This document shows positions 1 through 10,632 of a stretch of 38,063 nucleotides of DNA, in pieces (position 1 is the first letter of the stretch; the number at the start of each line of letters is the position of its first letter). Position numbers and translations under genes: made by a program. Location of the stretch: assembly GCA_003558085.1 (NCBI GenBank), contig PWMT01000175.1, positions 1 through 38,063 of the forward strand, read 5' to 3'. The notes below the pieces were generated by a model that searched no databases, had not been told where the DNA came from, and saw only the letters and a program-made list of their open reading frames with translations. This stretch comes from Methanobacteriaceae archaeon. Its GTDB lineage: Archaea; Methanobacteriota; Methanobacteria; Methanobacteriales; Methanobacteriaceae.

Positions 1-2
1 AA

Positions 3-1997
3 GAACATCCCATATTACCAGCTCACTTTGTTGATCCTGAATATGCTACTGGTGTGGTATTTTCGGTTCCTGGACATGCTCCAGCAGATTATATAGCGCT
101 GCAAGATCTTAAAAAAGATGAAAAGCTATTAGAAAAATATGGATTAAAAGAACTTGTCTTTAACATTCAACCCCAAAACGTTATCACCTTAGACGGATTT
201 GGTGAAATTCCAGCCCAGGATATGATTAAAAAAATAGGGGTGAAAAATCAAAACGATCCCCTTCTCCAGGAAGCTACCAATGAACTATATAAATTGGAAC
301 ATGCCCAAGGGATTATGAGCAAGCACATTGATGATTATAAAGGACAAGAAGTTTCAGTTGCGCGTGAAGAAATTATTAAAGATTTGAAAAATAAAAATAA
401 AGCAGATCATATGTTTGATTTTGCAGAACATCCAGTTATATGTCGCTGTGCTAGTAGATGTGTAGTAAAAATTATGGAAGATCAATGGTTCATGAAATAT
501 TCAGATGAATCATGGAAAAATATGGCTCAAAAATGTTTAGGAAAGATGAAAATTATTCCAAATGAAGTTAGATCTAATTTCGATTATTATATTGGCTGGT
601 TGCATGATTGGGCTTGCTCTAGAAGAATTGGTCTGGGTACACCAATACCATGGGATCCCCAGTGGATCATAGAACCACTTAGCGATTCCACAGTTTACAT
701 GGCCTATTATACTATTGCCAAATATTTGAAGAATATTTCAGTTGAAGATTTAGATGATGATTTATTCAATACAGTTTTTCTAAATCAAAAAGGCGATATT
801 GAATTAGATTATGTTAAAGACATGCAAAGTGAATTTAAGTACTGGTATCCTTTGGATTGGAGACTTTCAGCTAAGGATCTTATAGGAAATCATCTAACTT
901 TCCATATATTTCATCACTCTGCTATTTTCACTGAGGATAAATGGCCTCAGGGAGCAGTAGTATTTGGTATGGGATTATTAGAGGGGCAAAAAATGTCTTC
1001 ATCTAAAGGTAATGTGATACTATTATCTGATGCCATAGAAAATCATGGCGCGGATGTAGTAAGACTTTTTTTAATGTCATCTGCTGAGCCCTGGCAGGAT
1101 TTTGACTGGAGAGAAAAAGAATTAAAAGGAACTAAAAGAAGACTGGAATGGTTTGAAGAGTTTGCAGAAAAAGTTGCCGAAATAAATGGAACCGACCTAA
1201 ACCTAGCCCAACTAAAAAATCAAGACGTGGAAAGATTCATAAGTTTATGGATGTTAGGACAACTTAATTTAAGAATTAAAGAAGTTAACGAGGCATTGGA
1301 AGGATTTCAAACCAGAAAAGCAATTCAAAATGGACTCTTCCTTCTTAAAAAGGATGTGGACCATTATTTCCGCCGGATAGAATATTACGTTAAAGAAGAA
1401 TATGAAATAAAAGAAATATCCTATGTTCTAAAAAAAGTGTTAGATGCTTGGATACGATTACTGGCACCCTTCACCCCCCATATTTGTGAAGAAATTTGGG
1501 AGAAATATGGGGGAATGGGAATGGTTTCTCAAGCTTCCTGGCCAATTTATGAGGAGAAATTTATAAATGAAAAGGTGCAGAAAGCAGAGGAAATCGTACA
1601 AGGAATAGTAAAAGATATCTCTGAAATTAAAAAAATGGTGAGTATGGAACCCCAAAAAATTCATATTTATTTAGCTCCGGACTGGAAATGGAAGATATTT
1701 GAAATTGCAGAAGAAGTAGGTAAACCAGATATTGGTCGAATAATGGGCCAATCTATTCAACATAATGTCCATGATAATAAAAAAGAAATTGCTAAATTTG
1801 TTCAAAAAATCAGCCGAGAAATGACCCGTATACATTATGTGGGTCCAGTTAATGAAAAGCAAATTCTTAATGATGCTAAGGATTATTTAGCTAAGGAGTT
1901 TAATGCAGATATCATAATACATGAAGATGCAGCTTACGATCCAGAAAATAAGGCCTCGAATGCTGTGCCTTATAAGCCAGCTATTTTCATGGAATAA
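3..1997 (+). CDS. leuS: Leucyl-tRNA synthetase, archaeal type (5' end lies upstream of the window)
   Basis: Frame is open from position 3 (EHPILPAHFVDPEYATGVVFSVPGHAP, editing-domain motif); WACSRRIGLGT, SAKDLIGNHL, KMSSSKGN (KMSKS motif), LAPFTPH and C-terminal PYKPAIFME. Confidence 0.97.
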   Translation, partial: EHPILPAHFVDPEYATGVVFSVPGHAPADYIALQDLKKDEKLLEKYGLKELVFNIQPQNVITLDGFGEIPAQDMIKKIGVKNQNDPLLQEATNELYKLEHAQGIMSKHIDDYKGQEVSVAREEIIKDLKNKNKADHMFDFAEHPVICRCASRCVVKIMEDQWFMKYSDESWKNMAQKCLGKMKIIPNEVRSNFDYYIGWLHDWACSRRIGLGTPIPWDPQWIIEPLSDSTVYMAYYTIAKYLKNISVEDLDDDLFNTVFLNQKGDIELDYVKDMQSEFKYWYPLDWRLSAKDLIGNHLTFHIFHHSAIFTEDKWPQGAVVFGMGLLEGQKMSSSKGNVILLSDAIENHGADVVRLFLMSSAEPWQDFDWREKELKGTKRRLEWFEEFAEKVAEINGTDLNLAQLKNQDVERFISLWMLGQLNLRIKEVNEALEGFQTRKAIQNGLFLLKKDVDHYFRRIEYYVKEEYEIKEISYVLKKVLDAWIRLLAPFTPHICEEIWEKYGGMGMVSQASWPIYEEKFINEKVQKAEEIVQGIVKDISEIKKMVSMEPQKIHIYLAPDWKWKIFEIAEEVGKPDIGRIMGQSIQHNVHDNKKEIAKFVQKISREMTRIHYVGPVNEKQILNDAKDYLAKEFNADIIIHEDAAYDPENKASNAVPYKPAIFME

Positions 1998-2017
1998 ACT
2001 AATATTAAATAACCATG

Positions 2018-2036
2018 CCCCCCCCCCAAAAAAAAA
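2018..2036. repeat. Homopolymer tract C10 followed directly by A9
   Basis: Read directly: C at 2018-2027, A at 2028-2036. Confidence 0.9.
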
Positions 2037-2057
2037 TATCTTTAGAACTCGATCTAA

Positions 2058-2465
2058 GTGATTATTATGAAGATTCGGAATTTAGTTGCGATTTATTCGC
2101 TAATCATTGGTTTGTTAATGTTATTGATGTGGGCCTTTTTCTTGATAAGTGGCCAAGTCCCTGAAATTATTGATCGTCCTGCAGAAATAATATTACACCT
2201 TATAGCTGAATTTTCAACAGCCACTGTATTAGTTATAGCTGGTTTAGGTTTTTTATTTAAAAAAAGAATAGCCTATAATCTGAATTTGCTTGGACTAGGA
2301 ATGTTAATTTATACTCTGATTTTAAGTCCAGGATATTATATTCAAAGAGGGGAATGGTCTATGGTTATTGTTTTTGGAGTTTTATTAGTTTTAACCCTAA
2401 TTTTTTTAATAGTTAGTCTAAAAAAGGAATATGAAATAAAATTAGATCGTTTATCTTCCCCTTGA
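2058..2465 (+). CDS. Hypothetical membrane protein, about 4 TM helices (start may be ATG 2067)
   Basis: 135-aa ORF with four hydrophobic segments; fills the gap between leuS and the convergent FAH gene. Confidence 0.75.
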   Translation: MIIMKIRNLVAIYSLIIGLLMLLMWAFFLISGQVPEIIDRPAEIILHLIAEFSTATVLVIAGLGFLFKKRIAYNLNLLGLGMLIYTLILSPGYYIQRGEWSMVIVFGVLLVLTLIFLIVSLKKEYEIKLDRLSSP

Positions 2466-2495
2466 ACTATAAATATGTTTTTCTTAATTATAAAA

Positions 2496-3275
2496 TTAAA
2501 ATGATTTAACCTGGTTCTCCAGTAGGCCAATATCTTCTACTCCAGCCTGTATAAGATCGCCTGGTTGCATGGATCCCACTCCTGGAGGAGTGCCCGTGGC
2601 AATAATATCCCCAGGATAAAGAGTCATGATGTGGGAGACAAATTCTAATAGTTCTTCAATTCCAAAAATCATGTTGCGCGTATTTGAGTCTTGCCTTATT
2701 TCCTTATTTAGGCTTAAAAAAATATGTTGATCTTTGGGATTCATTTCAGTTTCAATCATGGGACCTAGGGGACAAAAAGTATCAAAATTTTTCGCTCGAG
2801 TCCATTGATCATCTTTACGCTGTAAATCACGGGCGGTGACATCATTAACTATAGTATAGCCTCCTATATAATCAGAGGCCAGTCTTGAAGAAATATTTTT
2901 AGCTTTTTGAGCTATTACTAGGGCTAGTTCTACTTCAAAATTTATTTCCTTAGATTGAGGCGGACATATAATTTGCTCTTGAGTGGATATGATAGAGCTA
3001 GGGGCTTTCAGGAAAATAATAGGTTCTTCAGGCAATTGCATGTTGAGTTCTTGAGCATGATCTTTATAATTTAATCCCACACAAATTATCTTGGAAGGAT
3101 TGATTGGAGTGAGTATTTTTACTGTTTCAAGTTTATAAGACTTATTAGAATATTTTAAGGCCTTTTCAGGATTTTTCATAGCATCTAATAAATCTAATGA
3201 AATTTCATTAATCTCATTTTCCCTCATAATCCCATTTTTTATTTTGTTTCCTTTTTTAAACCTTAAAAGTTTCAA
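2496..3275 (-). CDS. Fumarylacetoacetate hydrolase family protein
   Basis: KIICVGLNY, FEVELALVI, NDVTARDLQ, KNFDTFCPLGP and GDIIATGTPPGVG motifs; TTG start with GGAGTGGA RBS-like sequence. Confidence 0.93.
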   Translation of the reverse strand: MKLLRFKKGNKIKNGIMRENEINEISLDLLDAMKNPEKALKYSNKSYKLETVKILTPINPSKIICVGLNYKDHAQELNMQLPEEPIIFLKAPSSIISTQEQIICPPQSKEINFEVELALVIAQKAKNISSRLASDYIGGYTIVNDVTARDLQRKDDQWTRAKNFDTFCPLGPMIETEMNPKDQHIFLSLNKEIRQDSNTRNMIFGIEELLEFVSHIMTLYPGDIIATGTPPGVGSMQPGDLIQAGVEDIGLLENQVKSF

Positions 3276-3307
3276 ATACTTCCACTCCCGGGATTAAACC
3301 TTATATT

Positions 3308-4171
3308 TTAATTTATGATTCTTTCAATAGACATTACCAGTATATCTTTTGCCCCTACTTTTTTAAGTCGGTTTACTAATTTAAATACTTCCTTTTCATC
3401 TACCACAGCATGTACTGCTACCATGTTCTTATTAGATAAGACTTGAGAAACAGTAGGTCCGGTCATGCCAGGCATGGCTTTTTCAACTTGTGCTAATCTC
3501 TGTTTCTCAACATTCAGCATGATCAATTTTTTACTTTCTGCCTCCATAACCCCCTGGATGCCAGTTAAAACTTCTTCAATGATTACTTTTTTTTCCGTGA
3601 AAGAATCATGGTTAGCTATTAATCTCACTGAACTTTCCACTATAGTGTCTACAACTTTTAGATGGTTCATTTTCAAAGTTGTGCCAGTGCTACTTAAATC
3701 TGCAATTAAATCTGCCACACCAATAAAGGGAGCTATTTCTGTAGAACCGCTAAGTTCTACTATTTTGATATTTATTCCCTTTTCATGTAGATAATGATGG
3801 GTTAAATTAGGAAACTCTGTAGCCACTACCATGTCATCTTTTAAATCTTTTAGGCTGGTTATAGAAGAATCTTCAGGAGATGCCAGCACTAAATTAGCTT
3901 TTCCAAATTTAAGATCTTCTAAAATCTTGACTCTATCTCCTTTTTCTAAAATTAAATCCATACCAGTGATTCCTAGATCAGCTGCCCCATCTGCTACAAA
4001 TTCAGGGATGTCTGCAGCACGAGTAAACATTACACTAATATCAGGATGTTGAGTATCTGCAAATAATTTCCGATTGACCGTATCTTTTAAACCAATACCT
4101 GCATAACCTAATAGTTTTAGTGCAGGATCACTGATTCTTCCTTTAGAGGGAATAGCTATTTTAAGCTTCAT
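3308..4171 (-). CDS. hisG: ATP phosphoribosyltransferase, long form
   Basis: IAIPSKGRI, ADLGITGMD, VATEFPN, GSTEIAP, IADLSSTGTTLKMN and a C-terminal regulatory domain. Confidence 0.97.
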   Translation of the reverse strand: MKLKIAIPSKGRISDPALKLLGYAGIGLKDTVNRKLFADTQHPDISVMFTRAADIPEFVADGAADLGITGMDLILEKGDRVKILEDLKFGKANLVLASPEDSSITSLKDLKDDMVVATEFPNLTHHYLHEKGINIKIVELSGSTEIAPFIGVADLIADLSSTGTTLKMNHLKVVDTIVESSVRLIANHDSFTEKKVIIEEVLTGIQGVMEAESKKLIMLNVEKQRLAQVEKAMPGMTGPTVSQVLSNKNMVAVHAVVDEKEVFKLVNRLKKVGAKDILVMSIERIIN

Positions 4172-4346
4172 TTTTATACTCCAAATAATTAAATAGAATA
4201 AACCATTTTAATTAGTTACAAGTTTAAATATTTGTACTCACATCCAAAAAATTTGGATCTTTAGGTATATACATTGTATTTTAAACATATTAGTATTCCG
4301 AGTTAACCTTAAAGCAAAAAATAGAATCTACCTATAGAGTGATATT

Positions 4347-5642
4347 ATGGAGAGTAAATCCATATTAATTAAAGATACAGTAATTGTCGACCCTGGTAAA
4401 ACTAAGAAAGGTTCCGTTTTAATTGAAAATGATAAAATCGTTGAAATTTCAAAGGATATTGGAGTTAATAATGCAGAAGAAGTTATAGATGGATCAGATA
4501 AAATTCTTATTCCGGGAATGGTTAACAGCCATACTCACCTATCTATGACACTTTTAAGAGGTTTGGCTGATGATTTAAATCTTGATGAATGGTTAAATGA
4601 GCATATATGGCCTGTGGAAGCTAATTTAAATGGTGATTATTGTTATGCTGGTGCTTTGTTGGGTTGTTTGGAAATGATTAAATCAGGTACCACTACCTTC
4701 AATGATATGTATTTTTTTATGGATGATGTGGCTAGGGCAGTCGAAGATTCTGGACTGCGAGCAAAACTATCTCATGGAATGATAGACCTTTTTGATGAAG
4801 AAAAAAGAAAAAATGAATTTAAAGAAAGTATAAGGATAATAGAAAAATGCCATAATACGGCAGATGGACGTATAAAGGTTGATTTTGGGCCACATTCACC
4901 TTATACTTGCTCTCCTGAATTACTTGAAGAAGTCCGAGAAAAGGCAAATAAATACGGGGTTAATATTCATATCCATGTCAGTGAAACCAAGAATGAAGTA
5001 GATCAAGTAATCCAAGCCCAGGGCAAGAGACCTTTCGAATACTTGCATGATATAGGTTTTTTAGGTGAAGATGTGTTGGCTGCCCATGCAGTTTGGCTTT
5101 CTGATTATGAAAAAGAAATCATAAAAGAGAATGATGTGAAAATATCTCACAATCCCGCTAGTAATATGAAATTGGCCTCAGGTATATCGCCCGTGAATGA
5201 ATTAATTAATAATGGAATATGTGTATCGCTTGGTACTGATGGTGCAGCATCTAATAACAATTTAGATATGATAGAGGAGCTTAAAATTGCATCACTACTG
5301 CAAAAAGTTAATACTTTGGATACAACAGCTTTAAATGCAAGTAAAGTATTTAAAATGGCCACCTTTTATGGTGCTCGTGCTTTAGGACTGGAAGACGAAA
5401 TAGGAAGTATTGAATTAGGAAAAAAAGCTGATCTAGTACTTTTAGATAGGAACAGTGAGCATTTTACACCTTACCGGCATCCTATTTCTCACCTGGTTTA
5501 TGCAGCAAATGGATCAGATGTTAACACGGTTATAGTTAATGGTGAAATTTTAATGAAAGATAGAGATATATTTACTATAGAAGAAGCTGCAGTTTTAGAA
5601 ATTGCTGAAAATGCTGCAGAAGAATTAGTTTCTAAATCATGA
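4347..5642 (+). CDS. mtaD: 5'-deoxyadenosine / 5-methylthioadenosine / SAH deaminase (DadD/MtaD-type amidohydrolase)
   Basis: PGMVNSHTH, PHSPYTC, HIHVSET, AHAVW, HNPASNMKL and LGTDGAASNN metal-binding motifs. Confidence 0.88.
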   Translation: MESKSILIKDTVIVDPGKTKKGSVLIENDKIVEISKDIGVNNAEEVIDGSDKILIPGMVNSHTHLSMTLLRGLADDLNLDEWLNEHIWPVEANLNGDYCYAGALLGCLEMIKSGTTTFNDMYFFMDDVARAVEDSGLRAKLSHGMIDLFDEEKRKNEFKESIRIIEKCHNTADGRIKVDFGPHSPYTCSPELLEEVREKANKYGVNIHIHVSETKNEVDQVIQAQGKRPFEYLHDIGFLGEDVLAAHAVWLSDYEKEIIKENDVKISHNPASNMKLASGISPVNELINNGICVSLGTDGAASNNNLDMIEELKIASLLQKVNTLDTTALNASKVFKMATFYGARALGLEDEIGSIELGKKADLVLLDRNSEHFTPYRHPISHLVYAANGSDVNTVIVNGEILMKDRDIFTIEEAAVLEIAENAAEELVSKS

Positions 5643-6346
5643 AAAAATGGAGACAAAATATGGGAAATAATGGTATTTTAGCGCTTTTTGATATCGATGG
5701 CACCTTAGTTAGGGGAGCGCGATGTCATTACCAGGCCTTTGTAAAAGCTGTTGATAAGTTTTACGGTATGAAAGAAGATATAAGTGGTATAAATTACGCT
5801 GGAAAGACTGACCCCCAAATTCTCAAAGAAGTGCTGGAATTAGGAGGATTTGAAGAAGAAATAATTGAAAAGAATTTTCAGAACTGTCTAACTTATATGA
5901 CTAAATATTATCTCACTAATGTGCATCAAGAAAATGTCATAGCGCTTGCAGGTGTTAAAAATCTATTAGATCTGCTTGAAAAGGAGAAGGTTTTCCTGGG
6001 ACTGAGCACTGGAAATTTAGAACCCATTGCATATGCTAAATTAAAAAGAGCAGGATTAAATGAATATTTTTCTTTTGGTGGTTTTGGAAGTGATCATGCT
6101 GAACGTCCCCTATTAGTTAAAAAAGCTATAGAAATAGCTAAAGTTAGGTATAATTATGCGGGAGACCGAATCTATGTAATTGGTGATACACCACTAGATG
6201 TGGAAGCCGGTAGAAAAGCAGGCGCTAGAACTATTGCTGTTGCAACTGGCCGATATAGCACTTCAGAATTACAAAAAACTAAAGTAGATTTCATCATGGA
6301 TGATTTAACTGATCATGAGAGTTTCATTAAAAATATAGGATTATAG
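5639..6346 (+). CDS. HAD-superfamily phosphatase (phosphoglycolate phosphatase-like); start may be ATG 5660
   Basis: FDIDGTL (motif I), STGN (II), IGDTPLD (IV); ATGA overlap with the mtaD stop. Confidence 0.9.
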   Translation: MKKWRQNMGNNGILALFDIDGTLVRGARCHYQAFVKAVDKFYGMKEDISGINYAGKTDPQILKEVLELGGFEEEIIEKNFQNCLTYMTKYYLTNVHQENVIALAGVKNLLDLLEKEKVFLGLSTGNLEPIAYAKLKRAGLNEYFSFGGFGSDHAERPLLVKKAIEIAKVRYNYAGDRIYVIGDTPLDVEAGRKAGARTIAVATGRYSTSELQKTKVDFIMDDLTDHESFIKNIGL

Positions 6347-6395
6347 AATAATTTTTAAAACTTTACTCTCAAAAATTACCCTCCAAGTATAAAGC

Positions 6396-8045
6396 TTACC
6401 TTTTAATAAAATTAACGCCTTTGGATTTATTTAGAACAATGCTTTTCTTCCATTCCGCCTTTCTATGCGGATAATCTTCTCTAAAATGTGAACCTCTACT
6501 TTCTTTACGAAGTAAGGCCGATTTAGTTACCAGTTTAGCAATATTAATCATGCTCTCTACCTCTAAAACTTTTTGAAGGTTAACATTGTAACTAGAACCA
6601 TCCGGAACATTCATGTTAGGTAATAGAGATTCTAAACTGTTTATTTTTATTAGAGCCTCTTTTAATCCCTTCTCATTCCTAAGTATAGCTACCTGGTCCC
6701 ACATTATAGTATTTATTTGGTTTTTTATATGCTGGGGTGAAATATCGCCTTCCTTAATCAAATTGTCTAAACGAGTATTAACCTGATTTAAATGTTTATA
6801 ATTCATTTTATTAGAAGATTTTAAGGCATTAGATGCAGCAGCTTTCCCTGCTCTTTTACCGAATACTTGTGTATCGGCTAAAGCATTACCACCAAGTCTA
6901 TTTGCTCCATGTACTCCGCCACTAGCTTCTCCTGCTGCAAAAAGATTTTTTATCGTGCTTCTACACCAAGGATCAATTTTAACTCCGCCCATAAAATGAT
7001 GTGCTGTGGGTGCTACTTCCATAGGTTCTTTACGGATATCTACGTCCACATCTAAAAATTGTAAGAGCATAGTTTCCAGTTTTTCTTCCATAACTTCCGC
7101 TGGAAGATGACTTACATCCAGATAAACTCCACCATTAGCAGTTCCTTTATTTTCCCTGATTTCATTATAAATAGCTCTGGAAACTACATCCCTAGTAGCT
7201 AGTTCCATCCTTTCATCATATTTACTCATAAAGCGTTCATTCTGATTATTTAATAAAATGCCTCCCTCTCCACGAACTGCTTCGGTTACCAGAACTCCTT
7301 TGCGTGATTCAGGATAAACCATCCCTGTAGGGTGGAATTGAACTTGTTCCATGTCTATTAAATCTGCGCCTGCATTCCAGGCCAAATGAAAACCATCACC
7401 ACCTTTCTGCATAGTGTTTGAAGTTACAGGATATATTTGTCCTGCTCCTCCAGTGGCTAATATAGTGGATTTGGATTCAAAAATAATAGTTTTAGAGTCT
7501 TTTAAAGAAAAACCTAACGCGCCCCGAACACTGCTTTTGGAATCATCTAAAATAAGGGATATGATCATTATTTCATCTAAAGTATTAATTTCTCTGCGAT
7601 TAATTTCTTCTTTAAGGGCAGTGATGATCTCATGGCCAGTTCGATCACCTAGAAAACAGGTCCTCCTATAAGTTTGGCCTCCAAAAGGTCTTTGATTCAA
7701 CTCGCCAGATTCTTGGCGATCAAAAAGAGCACCATAATTTTCTAAATCAACTAAACGATCTGGAGATTCATCCACTAATATTCTAGCCAGTTCTGGATCG
7801 TTTAAATAAGCCCCTCCCTTTAAGGTGTCCTGATAATGAATATCTGGATTATCATCACAATCTACAAAGGCAAAGGCTGCATTATATCCTCCTTCAGCCA
7901 TGCCTGTACATCCTGATTTAAAGGATAATCCTTTTGAAACTATTAACGGTTCTAAATTATGATCAGAAATCTCTATAGCAGCTCTACAACCTGCGCCTCC
8001 CGATCCAATAATCAATACGTCACATGTATATATTTCGTTTTCCAT
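6396..8045 (-). CDS. tfrA: Thiol:fumarate reductase (CoM/CoB) flavoprotein subunit A
   Basis: GSGGAG FAD motif, QFHPTG, TEAVRGEGG, HHFMGG, HGANRLGGN, ESRGSHFR; SGCTGMAEGG lacks the covalent-FAD His, as in methanogen TfrA. Confidence 0.9.
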   Translation of the reverse strand: MENEIYTCDVLIIGSGGAGCRAAIEISDHNLEPLIVSKGLSFKSGCTGMAEGGYNAAFAFVDCDDNPDIHYQDTLKGGAYLNDPELARILVDESPDRLVDLENYGALFDRQESGELNQRPFGGQTYRRTCFLGDRTGHEIITALKEEINRREINTLDEIMIISLILDDSKSSVRGALGFSLKDSKTIIFESKSTILATGGAGQIYPVTSNTMQKGGDGFHLAWNAGADLIDMEQVQFHPTGMVYPESRKGVLVTEAVRGEGGILLNNQNERFMSKYDERMELATRDVVSRAIYNEIRENKGTANGGVYLDVSHLPAEVMEEKLETMLLQFLDVDVDIRKEPMEVAPTAHHFMGGVKIDPWCRSTIKNLFAAGEASGGVHGANRLGGNALADTQVFGKRAGKAAASNALKSSNKMNYKHLNQVNTRLDNLIKEGDISPQHIKNQINTIMWDQVAILRNEKGLKEALIKINSLESLLPNMNVPDGSSYNVNLQKVLEVESMINIAKLVTKSALLRKESRGSHFREDYPHRKAEWKKSIVLNKSKGVNFIKR

Positions 8046-8258
8046 ATTTTCATAATTGATAATTATGATTATTTAAATTATGTGATCTTAGGTTTAAAAA
8101 TAGATTAATGAAAAAAAATGAAAAATTCTCTTATTAATATCCAGAGTAATCAGATTATTATAAATAAATAAAACTATAACCGATAATATAATCATTAACT
8201 TATTCTTAAGCTGATATCCTTAAAAAAAGTTGGAAAAAATCAGGACCGAGGGTAAAAA

Positions 8259-9854
8259 TTGAACAAAAAAAAGATTATTAAACTCTCAAAAAAAGATTTT
8301 GAAAAAGCTTGGGTTGAAAGTGGTAAGCTTCTCAAAAAACCACACCATGACTACCAATATCCTCGTTTACGGTTTAAAAGCGGGAAATCACATCTTTTAT
8401 ATGATACCTTATGGGAAATAAGACAAGCCTATTTAAAATTAGGTTTTAGTGAAATAGTAAACCCCCTTTTCATCGAAGAAGAACACATCTATAAACAATT
8501 CGGACCTGAGGCACCTGCAGTTTTAGACCGGTGTTTTTATCTTGCAGGACTACCTAGACCTGATATTGGATTAGGGATGGATAAGATAGAAAAAATAGAG
8601 AATCTGGGAGTGAAAGTAAGTGAAGATTCTTTAAAAGCGCTTCAAAATGTTTTTAGAGCATATAAAAAAGGTGATCTTTCTGGTGATGATTTAGTATATG
8701 AGGTATCCCAAGCTTTAGAAGTAAGAAATGATATGGGATTGAAAGTTTTAGAGCATGTTTTTCCTGAAATTCACCAGTTAAAGCCCCTAGCCAGTAAGAA
8801 TACTTTAAGGTCTCATATGACTTCTGGTTGGTTTATATCCCTTCAAAATATGCATGATCGTTCAAAATTACCTTTAAAACTCTTTTCAATTGATCGATGT
8901 TTTAGAAGAGAACAGAAAGAGGATAGTAGCCATCTAATGACTTATCATTCAGCTTCATGTGTAATAGTAAATGATGAAGTTTCTCTGGATATGGGGAAAG
9001 CTGTCTCAGAAGCCTTATTAGAACATTTCGGATTTTCTAAATTCAAATATTTGCCAGATGAGAAAAAATCAAAATATTATATTCCTGGAACCCAGACAGA
9101 AGTTTATGGTTATCATCCCCACTTAAAAGAATGGGTAGAAATAGCTACTTTTGGTTTATATTCCCCTATAGCTTTAGCTGGATATGGAATTAAGGAGGAA
9201 GTAATGAATCTAGGTTTAGGAGTGGAACGTCTAGCCATGATTTTACATCAGGAAAATGATATTCGAGAGATGGTTTACCCCCATATATACGGTAAATGGC
9301 ATCTTTCTGACCGGGATATCTCGACCATGCTTTTAATCAACTATTATCCCGTCACAGAAGAAGGTAAAAATCTTATGCATAGGATTTTAGAGGTATGGGA
9401 GGAAAATGCCGGAGCTGAATCCCCTTGTACATTTAAAATTTTTTCTGGGCAATTTTTAGGTAAAAATATTCAGGTTATGGCGATAGAAGAAGAAGAAAAT
9501 ACTAAATTGTTAGGACCTGCCGCCTGGAATCAAGTTTACATTTATCAAGGAAATATAGTAGGGGTGCCTACTGAAGGACCTGTAGATAATCCATTTATAA
9601 AAGAAACTAGAAAGAAGGGTATAAATACGAAAATAAATTATATGGAATCGTTAGCTGCAAAAGCTGCTTATCAAATAGAAGAAATGGTGCTAGCAGGAAC
9701 TAATGAATTAAAAATAAGAACTACCATTGCTCGTTCTATCTCTGATATAAACCTAAAATTAGATGGGGTGGCTTTAAATTATATTACCAGTGCGAACAAG
9801 GAAATTGATATTAGAGGGCCGATTTTTTCCACCATATTAGCTAGAATAGAATAA
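8259..9854 (+). CDS. sepS: O-phosphoseryl-tRNA(Cys) synthetase
   Basis: QFGPEAPAVLDRCFYLAGLPRP, TLRSHMTSGWF, DRCFRREQ, SKYYIPGTQTEV, NLGLGVERLAM; TTG start after GAGGGT. Confidence 0.97.
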   Translation: MNKKKIIKLSKKDFEKAWVESGKLLKKPHHDYQYPRLRFKSGKSHLLYDTLWEIRQAYLKLGFSEIVNPLFIEEEHIYKQFGPEAPAVLDRCFYLAGLPRPDIGLGMDKIEKIENLGVKVSEDSLKALQNVFRAYKKGDLSGDDLVYEVSQALEVRNDMGLKVLEHVFPEIHQLKPLASKNTLRSHMTSGWFISLQNMHDRSKLPLKLFSIDRCFRREQKEDSSHLMTYHSASCVIVNDEVSLDMGKAVSEALLEHFGFSKFKYLPDEKKSKYYIPGTQTEVYGYHPHLKEWVEIATFGLYSPIALAGYGIKEEVMNLGLGVERLAMILHQENDIREMVYPHIYGKWHLSDRDISTMLLINYYPVTEEGKNLMHRILEVWEENAGAESPCTFKIFSGQFLGKNIQVMAIEEEENTKLLGPAAWNQVYIYQGNIVGVPTEGPVDNPFIKETRKKGINTKINYMESLAAKAAYQIEEMVLAGTNELKIRTTIARSISDINLKLDGVALNYITSANKEIDIRGPIFSTILARIE

Positions 9855-10155
9855 ATAAAGGTAATTTAATGCTTAATTCTCATTTTTTATGTTTGGATTA
9901 ATTTATTTATGAATGAATGGTAAACTGATTAATTAAAAAGAGGATTATATTCCATAAAAATAGGTATTAGTAGTTTTTATAATATTAAATCAAATATTGT
10001 CATGTATGACTTCTCTCTTACATAGCAATATTAGTAAATATTAGTTATAGTAATCGCATATATTTAAAATGTAGATAATCTCAAATAAGCATGAGCTATC
10101 AAACCAATATGAAGACTAACTATCTTCCATACATTATTAAAAATAAAGGTGTATT

Positions 10156-10536
10156 ATGAAATTAAAAGGTATGGTGACTTCTGGAACACAAAAAGGAACC
10201 TATTTTATGTCACAAAAGATTTATTCCAAACAATTTAAAGATAAATTGGGCTTTAAACCCTTTAAAGGAACTTTAAATATTTTGATTAAAGAAAAAGATT
10301 TAGAAAAAATAGATGAAATTAAAAAAAAAGATATGGAACTTTTAAAGGGCTCAGAAGGTTTCGGAGACGTTTTATTCATAAAAGCTAAACTACAAGAATT
10401 TATAGATGGAGCAATCATTTTCCCTGAAAAAAGTAAACACCCTGAAGAATATTTAGAATTTGTAGCAGAGGAAAATCTAAGAGAAAAATTAAATTTAAGG
10501 GATGGAGATGAAGTCATACTCACAATTCAAAGTTAA
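10156..10536 (+). CDS. ribK: CTP-dependent archaeal riboflavin kinase, without N-terminal HTH
   Basis: GMVTSG..KG.YF, LGFKPFKGTLN, LEFVAEENLREKLNLRDGD; directly upstream of ribB. Confidence 0.9.
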   Translation: MKLKGMVTSGTQKGTYFMSQKIYSKQFKDKLGFKPFKGTLNILIKEKDLEKIDEIKKKDMELLKGSEGFGDVLFIKAKLQEFIDGAIIFPEKSKHPEEYLEFVAEENLREKLNLRDGDEVILTIQS

Positions 10537-10543
10537 TAACTAA

Positions 10544-10587
10544 ATATTTGAATTTAAAGCCTTAAAAAAAAGATATTTGAATTTAAA
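10544..10587. repeat. 15-bp direct repeat ATATTTGAATTTAAA x2 (29-bp period)
   Basis: Exact copies at 10544-10558 and 10573-10587, between ribK and ribB. Confidence 0.85.
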
Positions 10588-10632
10588 CCCCGAATAATAA
10601 TATTCAATTAAAAAAATTTATTAAGTGATTAT

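Noticed and set aside
4242-4258. Short AT-rich palindromes (ATCCAAA-AAA-TTTGGAT here; also 8051-8067, 22860-22876 and 23045-23058)
   Set aside because: No convincing shared consensus; 7-bp arms are expected by chance in very AT-rich spacers.
6396-9854. tfrA without tfrB, and sepS without pscS, as incomplete pathways
   Set aside because: These partners are commonly unlinked in methanogens, so absence from this window is uninformative.
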